Positions 23,807 to 32,623 of a stretch of DNA of 64,000 bases are shown piece by piece. A program made the translations under genes and the position numbers. This DNA comes from an uncultured Acidobacteriota bacterium (GTDB lineage Bacteria > Acidobacteriota > UBA6911), in NCBI GenBank assembly GCA_963827655.1, contig CAWHCF010000049.1, positions 96,001-160,000 of the forward strand, read 5' to 3'. A model generated the notes under the pieces. That model ran no database searches and was not told where the DNA came from. It saw only the letters and a list, made by a program, of their open reading frames with translations. Every line of letters starts with the position of its first letter. The first letter of the stretch is position 1.

Positions 23807-25152
23807 AAGCACGCGTGCTGATCGTAGAAGACGAAAAGACGGCTTGCCAGGCCCTCTCGCTACTGCTGTCCGACGAAGGCTACAAGGTCCTGAAAGCGGA
23901 AACGGGCGAAGCGGGATTGCGCGTCGCGCTCCAGGAAGAACCCGATTTGATCCTGCTGGACATTCGCCTGCCTGATGTCGACGGGCTCACGGTCCTGCAG
24001 CGGGTGCGCGCCGCGTATTGCGACGCCGCCGTAATCATCATGACCGCCAATACGACAAGCAGTAACGCGATCCGAGCGACGCAATACGGTGCTTTCGACT
24101 ATGTCTCAAAACCCATCAATGACGAGCATCTGATTCTGCTGATCCAGCGAGCCCTCGAGTACCGGAAACTCGAAAAGGAAGTCCGCAGCCTCCGGCAAGT
24201 GCCAGGCCAGGCGCCCAGTATTCCTGGGATGGTCGGGCACAGCCTGGCGATGCAGGAAGTTTATAAGATGATCGGCCGAGTCGCCAATTCCGACGCCACG
24301 GTGCTGATCATCGGAGAATCGGGCACCGGAAAAGAGCTGGTGGCGAACGCAATCCACGAGTTCAGCGCGCGTGCCCAGGGACCGCTGGTCAAGGTCAACT
24401 GCGCCGCCATTCCCGAAGACCTCCTGGAGGCGGAGTTGTTCGGCCATGAAAAGGGCGCGTTCACGAACGCCCTGTCGCGCAGAGTCGGGCGGTTCGAACA
24501 GGCACACGGGGGCACGTTGTTTCTCGACGAGGTCGCTGAACTGTCACCCAGCCTTCAAGCCAAACTCCTGCGTGCGACTCAGGAGCGGACGGTCGAGCGG
24601 CTTGGTAGCAATTCCCCCATCTCCGTTGACTTCCGGCTCATCACGGCGACGGCCCAGGATCTGAACGAGGCGGTTGCAACTGGCCGCTTTCGGGAAGATC
24701 TCTACTACCGATTGAACGTCGTGACGCTCCCTGTTCCTCCGCTGCGCGCGCGCCGTGAAGACATCCCACTTCTGGTCCAGCGGTTCCTCAGCCGCTCTGA
24801 GCGTCCGGTCACAATTCGTCAGGACGCCCTGGAGCGGATCATGGCTCACGACTGGCCGGGCAATGTTCGCGAACTCGAAAACGTGATTACCGGGGCGATC
24901 GTTCTGGCTCCCGGGGGCATCGTCACGTCGGAGTGCATTCAGTTCCCGCAGCGCACCGCCGGAGCTACTCCAAGCTGGCTCGATCTGGTTCCCTATCGCG
25001 ATGGCTATTGGAATGTGATCCGCAAGGTCGAAGCCCGGTTGCTGCGTGCCGCGGTGCAGGACGCAAAAGGGAACAAGGCAGAGGCCGCACGTATTCTCGG
25101 GATCCAAAGACGTCTGCTTTACGAGAAAATGGCGGAGTTTGGATTAAACTGA
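23803..25152 (+). CDS. Sigma54-dependent NtrC/AtoC-family response regulator (enhancer-binding protein)
   Basis: Receiver domain, GESGTGKE, GAFTNA loop, WPGNVREL and a Fis-type HTH. Confidence 0.95.
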   Translation: MKARVLIVEDEKTACQALSLLLSDEGYKVLKAETGEAGLRVALQEEPDLILLDIRLPDVDGLTVLQRVRAAYCDAAVIIMTANTTSSNAIRATQYGAFDYVSKPINDEHLILLIQRALEYRKLEKEVRSLRQVPGQAPSIPGMVGHSLAMQEVYKMIGRVANSDATVLIIGESGTGKELVANAIHEFSARAQGPLVKVNCAAIPEDLLEAELFGHEKGAFTNALSRRVGRFEQAHGGTLFLDEVAELSPSLQAKLLRATQERTVERLGSNSPISVDFRLITATAQDLNEAVATGRFREDLYYRLNVVTLPVPPLRARREDIPLLVQRFLSRSERPVTIRQDALERIMAHDWPGNVRELENVITGAIVLAPGGIVTSECIQFPQRTAGATPSWLDLVPYRDGYWNVIRKVEARLLRAAVQDAKGNKAEAARILGIQRRLLYEKMAEFGLN

Positions 25153-25186
25153 GGGGACTTCGCGTCCATGGCCAAAAACTTGACTG

Positions 25187-25456
25187 TCACCGTGTTGCCG
25201 GACCATATCCGAGCGAGATCAGCCAGGTAATAATTGTGATGAAGGCCACGACAAGGCCGACGATTACCCAGACCACGGTAGCCGGCCCTTCAGATGAGCC
25301 TCGTCTATGCTGGACGAGTTTGACCGGTTGGGCTGTCGGCCTGGAGGACGGAGCCGGTTGTTCTTCGGCTGCAGGAGAAGCGCCCGGAGCGACGGCATCC
25401 ACCTTGCCGCCACGCAGTCGCCGTCCTCTGCGGCTCCGTCCTGCTTTCTTCTTCAT
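25187..25456 (-). CDS. Small protein with a basic N-terminus and C-terminal TM helix
   Basis: ATG overlaps the corA TGA (ATGA); TM segment [23 protein letters not shown]. Confidence 0.55.
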   Translation of the reverse strand: MKKKAGRSRRGRRLRGGKVDAVAPGASPAAEEQPAPSSRPTAQPVKLVQHRRGSSEGPATVVWVIVGLVVAFITIITWLISLGYGPATR

Positions 25457-26422
25457 AGCCATTTGATTTTGCGAAAGTAGTGATAAATGGAAAGCCCGAT
25501 TATCAGCATGCCCCCAAGCGTCGCGACGTAGGCATATTTCCATCTCAGCTCAGGCATGACGTCGAAGTTCATGCCGTAGATGCCGGCGATGAGCGTGACC
25601 GACATCAGGATCGTCGAGATCGATGTCAATCGTTTCATGACCATGTTCATGCGATTGCCCGAGATCGAAAGATAGGCGTCCATCGTCGAACCCAGCATGT
25701 CGCGCAGGGTATCGATAGTGTCAGCGACACGAATCAGATGATCGAACACATCCTGGAAATAGATGTGGGTCTCACGCGAGAAGATCGGTTGCTCCCGCCG
25801 CAGGAGCGTGTTAAACACATCGCGCAACGGAGTCACGGAACGGCGTAAAAAGAGTAATTCCTTCTTGATATGGAAGATCTCCTCGATGGCCTCGGCTCGA
25901 AATTCGACGAAGATCTGATCCTCGAGATCATCCATCCGGTCCGAAAGCTTGTCGAGCAGCGGCATGTAGTCATCTACGATCGCATCAATCAGCAGGTAGG
26001 AGAGTAACCCGGTGCCCCTATCCGCCAGGTCCGTCCACTCGCGCCAGAGCCGTTCAGCTGTCTCGAGTCGCGCGAATGGGCCGGCTGTGGACAGTAACCA
26101 GATAATTCTCCCCCAGAAAGATATTCAGCTCCCTCAAATCGAGGTCTCTTTCCTCGGTCAGCTCCGCCTCATAAAGGACGATGAAATAGTATCCCGGAAA
26201 CTCTTCGACCTTTGGCCGCTGATGTGGATGCCGGCAATCTTCTATCGAGAGTGGATGCAAACCAAACTCGGCAGCCAAATCCTCGAAATCCTGGCTGGTC
26301 GGATTGGCAACATCCACCCATAGAATCTTGTCTGGAGAGCCGCAAAGATCACTGATCTTCTCGGTGGGGCAGTCAGTCGTGAATGTCCTCGAGGTACGAT
26401 CAAGCACCAGTGTTTTGATCAT
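25453..26422 (-). CDS. corA: CorA Mg2+/Co2+ transporter (frameshift near 26060)
   Basis: [11 protein letters not shown]...HQRPKVEE in the N-part; YGMNF and MPEL signature in the C-part. Confidence 0.9.
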
Positions 26423-26599
26423 TTCGCCAACCTCACTTGGAAGTTAAGAAGCTCGGAACGAACCTGCTTCGGCGCGTTCAGCACCGATTCTTTGACAAGG
26501 CCTCGGGGTTTGTCAAACTGCGCTCGGAGGGGGCGGCCCCTCGTCTTGTCCCTGTCGTCACACCTCGCTTCGGACTGGCAGAACTCGCCCTCCTCACCC

Positions 26600-26615
26600 T
26601 GGCACTTGAATTGCT
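26600..26615 (+). promoter_or_regulatory. Putative sigma54 promoter
   Basis: TGGCACTTGAATTGCT, a near-consensus TGGCAC-N5-TTGC. Confidence 0.6.
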
Positions 26616-26764
26616 TTGGTACAGCCCGATAGATTCTGGAAGTCAGATTGCGCATCGAGCTGTCGGAGGCCGTCCGGATTGACCAATCGCGGGATCGGGG
26701 TCCGTTGAGTTTTGAAGTACCGTGTGATAGCCTTCCCGAGCCTTCGGGCCTTGTGAGCTGAATC

Positions 26765-28143
26765 ATGAGCTTGACACGCTTGCTGTGTATCGCCGCTGCT
26801 TTTTTGTGGATTCCTGGCCCCCGAATCGGGTTCCGCGCGCCTGGCCCTGTCCGCGGCCTCCTGGCAGAAGCCTGCGGTGTTGCCGGCAGTGTCCCATAAG
26901 CGCTTGCTGAACGACTTGCAGGTCGTAGTTGCGTCCACGCCTCACCTGGGGGATTCGATGACGATCGGCCTGGTGACGCGCTACGGTTCGATCTACGATC
27001 CCGCCGAGAAAGGAGGACTGGCTCATCTCGTTTCCCGAATGTTTATGACCGCGAGCCAGGAGAGGACAGCGAAGGACCTTCAGGATGACATCAACCTTCT
27101 GGGCGTCAGCATCGAGGTTCGCTGCGACTGGGACGGAGTCCGTTTTGTTCTGCGAGGTCAGAGTTCCAAGTTTGAACGCTCGCTGTTGCTGCTATACCAG
27201 GTGGTGGGCGAGGCGCTCTTCACGGAAGAGGCTTTCACCAGAGTGAAGCGCGAGATAATTCAGGAGATGGAAAAGCCCGAAGATCCGCGGCAGCGAATTC
27301 GTTCCCGCTTTGAAACGGCTCTCTTTCACGGGACCAGCTACGGGCGGCAGCTTCGAGGGACGAAAGCCTCGCTGGAAAACATCTCGATGGGAGATGTTCG
27401 CGTTTTCTACCGGCGTTACTTCTCGCCCCACGCATCCACGCTGGTAGTCGTGGGCTCGGCGCCGCCGGAACAGGTGCAGCAGAAAGCCACGCGGATCTGG
27501 GGTGTCTGGGTTCGTGGTGATGACGTGCCCTTTACCTTTCTGCCGCCGCGAAGTCCTTCGTCGAAAATGATCACGCTCGAAGATGAGCCTGCCTCTCCGG
27601 CGGCGCAATTCGTCCTCGGAAATCTCTGGCCGCGGCGGGAGGATCCCGCTTTCATGGTCGCGGGCCTGGCCGCCAGATCTCTTCAGGAACGGCTGACGCG
27701 GATCCTGCCCACGTCCCTGGTTACGGTAGGTTTCGAAGGACGTCGCATGCCGGGACCGTTTTACATTCAGGGACAGGCTGCGGCAGATCAGGCCGTCTCC
27801 GAAATCAAGAAAGTGCTCGAGGTGGTGGAAGAGTTTCGGAATGCAGGGATGTCGCCGGATGAGCTGGCAGGCGTCCAGAAACAGCTGGATCGAAGAGTTT
27901 CACAAAACACTCGAGTCAACCGAGACGCTTTGCAACGTGCTGCTGGATGCGGAGCTCTACCGTCTCGGAAACAACTACGCTTCAAACTTCGCCGAGGTCG
28001 TCAAGCGCAATAACCCGGACAAGGTGAAGGAAGCCGCCAAGGAGTGGATTTTTCCCGGGGGAGTCCTCATCTATGTTCGAGGTCCCGCCCTCACCTTGAG
28101 GTCTGATCTGGAATCGCTCGGTCCCGTGCGTCCTGCTTCGTAG
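26765..28143 (+). CDS. M16 (insulinase) family peptidase-like protein, probably non-catalytic (frameshifted)
   Basis: GSIYDPAEKGGLAHLVSRM lacks an intact HxxEH; FYRRYFSP...LVVVG. Signal peptide from ATG 26765 and the C-terminus (27841..28143) are in other frames. Confidence 0.75.
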
Positions 28144-28347
28144 ACAATGCGCGCTCCGGAGCCTTCGGGGTTTTGCTGATTGCATGAAAAACTCACACGA
28201 AGCCGCGAAGGCCCAATGCCTTGGGCGAGAATATAGAACGCGGTTCCGACCGGTACGTATAATGAGCTAGGGGCCACCCCTGGGCTCTCGCAATGGGACG
28301 CCGCGCTCTGGTATAATCGCTAACAATTTTGGGGGCGGTTTCCGGGG

Positions 28348-29181
28348 ATGTCTGAGTCGATGAGGCGGACAAGAACCAAGAAAGATCTGATCATCGTAGC
28401 TGTGACGGTTGGGGTCCTCGGATGGATTGGGATTCTGGTGGGCGCGGATGCAACTCCCAAGTTTCTCCGCAGGCCGACCAGGGACTCAGAGACCCAGCGC
28501 GTGGTTCCATTCCTGAGTAAAGAGCCGGAGTTTACCTTCGTTCGAGCTGTCTACAATGGCCTCGGGGGTTGGGGATACTACAAGAGCTGGGCGACAGACT
28601 GGCCGAAAGCCGACCGGCAGTTCATCCTCGGTGTGAAGCGTCTGACCAACATCAAGATTGCTGACGAAGAGAAGACGGTTCCACTGACCGACCTGGAGAT
28701 TTTTCGTTATCCTTTCCTTTATGCGGTTGAAGTCGGCCACATGGACCTGTCGGATGCGGAGGCGAGTTCGCTGAGAGAATATCTTCGACGAGGCGGTTTT
28801 CTCTTCTGCGATGATTTCTGGGGAAGCTGGGAGTGGGAGAATTTTCAACAGAACATCAACAAGGTGCTGCCGGGGAGCCAGATTGTTGAACTTCCCCTGA
28901 GCCATCCTATTTTCCACTGTTACTACGATATTCCTCAGATCTTGCAGGTCCCCAATGTTGGGAATGCCCTTTACCGTGACATCACCTACGAGCAGGATGG
29001 ATACGTCCCGCACTGCCGCGCCATTTTCAATGAAGCCGGCAGGCTCATGGTGGTTATCAATTGGAATACGGACATATGCGATGCCTTGGAATGGGCGGAT
29101 CTCCCGGGATATCCAGCCAAGTATTCCACGTATGCTTATCAGATGGTGATCAACTCGATTATTTATGCCATGAGCCACTAA
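28348..29181 (+). CDS. DUF4159 domain protein
   Basis: WATDWPKAD, YPFLYAVEVG, YLRRGGFLFCDDFWG, HPIFHCYYD, N..IYAMSH. Confidence 0.85.
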   Translation: MSESMRRTRTKKDLIIVAVTVGVLGWIGILVGADATPKFLRRPTRDSETQRVVPFLSKEPEFTFVRAVYNGLGGWGYYKSWATDWPKADRQFILGVKRLTNIKIADEEKTVPLTDLEIFRYPFLYAVEVGHMDLSDAEASSLREYLRRGGFLFCDDFWGSWEWENFQQNINKVLPGSQIVELPLSHPIFHCYYDIPQILQVPNVGNALYRDITYEQDGYVPHCRAIFNEAGRLMVVINWNTDICDALEWADLPGYPAKYSTYAYQMVINSIIYAMSH

Positions 29182-29286
29182 CGCACTCACACCCTTCCAC
29201 GCAGGGGCGAATTCAGACCGACAGCTCAACCCGCTTGCGATCAGTTGGAAGGGAGGAGCGGCGCCCCTCGAGATTTCGGCAGCGTA

Positions 29287-31588
29287 ATGAGCGCCATTTT
29301 TGAGTTCTTGTTCAAGTATCGTCCTGTCCTGTTCGAAAAAGGGACACTGGCGATTCATCCGCCCTGGCCCGCTTACGTCTCATGGATACTTGCGGGTCTT
29401 GCTGTGCTCGGCACCTATCTGATCTATCGGCGCGCGGCAGGGGCCCTCCCGGGTCAGTGGCGTTTTACTCTGGTTGCCCTGCGCGCGCTTGCGCTTCTGA
29501 TTCTGCTGGTAATCTTCCTCCAGCCGGTATTGGTCCTCCACTCCGTCATCCCTCAAAAGAGCTTCGTAGCGGTGGCTTATGATGTGAGCAAGAGCATGGA
29601 AATACGCGACGGCGAGGAAGGTCAGTCGCGCCTGGAAATCGAGAAGCATCTGCTGAAGCCGGCCGGGAATTCTTTTCTCAACGAACTCGAGAAGAAATTC
29701 AAGGTTCGATTTTTCCGCTTCTCCGGCTCGGCGGAGCGGGTTCAGGGCTTTGAAGATCTGCCCCGTCACGGAAACGTTACCAGTCTGGAGCGGACCTTGA
29801 ACCAGGTTGTGGCCGAGCTGGGGAATGCGCCTGTCTCGGGTGTGGTGCTGATTACCGATGGAGCCGACAACGCCTCGACGAATCTCAAGGCTGCGACCGC
29901 GCAGTTACGCTCGCGCAGCATCCCGGTCTATCCGGTAGGAATCGGCTCCCCGGATTTTTCGCGCGATACGGAGGTAACCCGGGTCAGCACGCCCAAGAAG
30001 GTTTTGAAGGACGCGATGATCGAAGCCGACGTGTCGGTCCGTTCGAAGGGTTACGCAGGTCGCCGCGCGAAATTGACGGTCAAGGAACGGGATCGTCTGG
30101 TTCAGAGCCAGGAGATCGCGCTCGGCAGTGACGGCGAGGTGAAAACCTACAAGGTCAATTTCAGCAGTGAGACTCCAGGGCCGAAGATATTCTCCTTCAG
30201 GGTCGAGCCCTTCCAGGATGAGGTCATTTCGGAAAACAACGATCAGAGTGTCCTGATCCGAGTGGCGGACGAGCAGCCCCAGATTCTTTACACCGAGGGG
30301 GAACCTCGCTGGGAATACGGTTTTCTGCGGCGCGCCGTGAAGGAGGATAAGAATCTGCGGCTTATTACGTTGCTGCGCCAGGCCGACGGAAAGTTCTATC
30401 GCCAGGGCCTTCCGCAGGAAAACCCTTTGATGCTGGAAAAAGGATTTCCCACCGAGAAATCCGAACTCTTCAATTACAAGGCGATTGTTTTTGGCAGTGT
30501 CGAGGCCAGCTTCTTCACCTTCGACCAGCTGCGGCTGGTCTCTGACTTCGTGAGCCAGCGCGGCGGCAGCTTCTTGATGCTGGGTGGGAAGAGTTCCTTC
30601 GGTCAGGGAGGGTACATCAACACCCCGCTTGAGGATCTACTTCCGATCAATCTGCGATTCGGTCAGGGAACTGCCGATGTTCCCGAGTATCAGGATCTCG
30701 AGTACAAACTCCAGCTCACCGGATACGGCTTTTTGCATCCGGTCACCCGTCTCTCTCTCAATGAGGCCGACAACCGCAAACGATGGGAATCCGTGCCCTC
30801 TCTAATCGGGCTCAACCCGACCACGGGAGCAAAGCCCGGGGCAACAATTCTGGCGCAGGGCTCGATTCCGGATACGCGCGGGCAGCGGCCGGTTGTGCTC
30901 GCATTCCAGCGTTTTGGCCGAGGCAAGGCGACGGCGCTGGCCACGGAATCGACCTGGCGCTGGAGAATGGAATTAGACCACAGCGACAACATGCATGAGC
31001 TCTTCTGGAAACAGATGTTGCGCTGGCTGGTCAGCGATGCGCCCGATCCGGTCAATCTGGAAACCGAGAAACACTCCTCCTCCCTGGAGGAAGCGGTGGT
31101 GGTTCGCGCCGAGGTGCACGACAGTGCGTTCCTGCATCTTAATAACGCGCAAGTCACTGCCCGGATCAAGGCGCCTTCGGGACAAGTTACCCAGGTACCT
31201 ATGAACTGGGAGGTGCGCCGCGAAGGCCACTACAGCGCTTCGTACAAACCGCAAGAAGAAGGGATCTACGAGATTTCAGCCGAGGCTCGTTCAAGGAACC
31301 AAGAGCCTGGGGGCGGCGAAGGCCAATTTCCGGATTGCCGAGTCGACAGAGGAGTTTCACAACGCAGCGTTGAATGTCGATCTGCTCAAGAGTCTGGCCT
31401 CGGATACCGGGGGACGCTACTACAGCCACCGCGAAGCGCAGGATCTGGCGGAAGACATCTCTTACGTCGAGAATGGAGCTTCCCGGGTTGAGGAAAAGGA
31501 CCTGTGGGATATGCCGATTCTTTTCCTGCTCCTGGTTGGATTCGTATCGACTGAATGGATGTTGCGCAAACGTAAAGGCATGGCATGA
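29287..31588 (+). CDS. Membrane protein with VWA, Ig-like and class-I glutamine-amidotransferase-like domains (frameshift near 31295)
   Basis: N-terminal TMs, MIDAS DVSKSM and ITDGAD, FVSQRGGSFLMLGG, TWRWRM. C-terminal anchor LWDMP...EWMLRKR in ORF 31370..31588. Confidence 0.8.
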
Positions 31589-31630
31589 ACACCGGCAGAA
31601 TTAACCGCAGAGAGCGCCAGGACGCGAGGA

Positions 31631-32623
31631 ATGAGTGTGGCCTTCGTATCCTTGTGTCTTTGGTTCTTCGTGGTTGCTCCGGCTTCGGCAAGCGATGGGC
31701 CGCGCCATTGGGCGATCCTTGTTTCCGGTGTCTCAGGGGATCCGGAACTGCAAGAGCACTTCTTGAAGCTGACCAGAGATTTCCGGACGTCGCTCGAGGG
31801 GTCGCTGCAGTTTCCTCGCAATCAGATTGTTGTGCTGTTCGATGATCCTGCCAAGGATCCTGAACTGATTCAGCACCAGTCCAGCCGCGAAAATCTGGAA
31901 AAGGTTTGTCGCGACCTGGCGGGACGTGTTGGCAAAGACGACCTGGTGTTTGTCTTTATCATGGGTCATGGGAATTTTGACAGTAAGGGATACAAGCTGA
32001 ATCTGCCTGGACCGGATCCCACGGCGGAAGAGCTTGCCCTTATCCTGTATGCCATTCCCGCGCAGCGCTTCGTGGTGGTCAATACTACGACTTGCAGCGG
32101 GGCAAGCATTCCCGCTTTTGCGAAAAAAGGAAAGATCATTGTGACCGCGACCAAGAGCGGTCAGGAGAAGAATCAGACTCACATGGCGCAGTTCTTCGTG
32201 GAAGCCTTCAAGGAAGGCAACGCCGACGTAGACAAGAACGGCCGTGTGTCGGTGCTGGAAGCTTTCACCTACGCCACCCGGAAGGTAGAGGAGTATTACA
32301 GCAAGGAAGGGAACCTCCAGACCGAGCACCCGGTCCTGGAAGACAGTGGCGACGGCAAGCCCAATGCCAAGCCGGGCCCGGAAAACGGTGAAGGCTTGCT
32401 GGCCCGGACTACGTATCTTGACTCTCGATTACCTTCAGCGGCCAAGGGGAAAACGAGCTCGGAAGAAGGAGCGCTGGCTCTGGAGGCGCAAGCTCTGGAA
32501 AAGCAGATCGAAGCGCTCAAGTACACCAAGGGCGAAATGCCCGAGGCCGAATACGAAAAGAAACTCGAGGCGCTGCTAGTCAAGCTGGCGCAGATCAATG
32601 CCAAATTACGGAAGAACCAGTAA
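31631..32623 (+). CDS. Exported caspase/peptidase C13-like fold protein
   Basis: WAILVSG...VFVFIMGHG...NTTTCSG (candidate His-Cys dyad), DVDKNGRVSVLEAF and a C-terminal coiled coil. Confidence 0.65.
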   Translation: MSVAFVSLCLWFFVVAPASASDGPRHWAILVSGVSGDPELQEHFLKLTRDFRTSLEGSLQFPRNQIVVLFDDPAKDPELIQHQSSRENLEKVCRDLAGRVGKDDLVFVFIMGHGNFDSKGYKLNLPGPDPTAEELALILYAIPAQRFVVVNTTTCSGASIPAFAKKGKIIVTATKSGQEKNQTHMAQFFVEAFKEGNADVDKNGRVSVLEAFTYATRKVEEYYSKEGNLQTEHPVLEDSGDGKPNAKPGPENGEGLLARTTYLDSRLPSAAKGKTSSEEGALALEAQALEKQIEALKYTKGEMPEAEYEKKLEALLVKLAQINAKLRKNQ

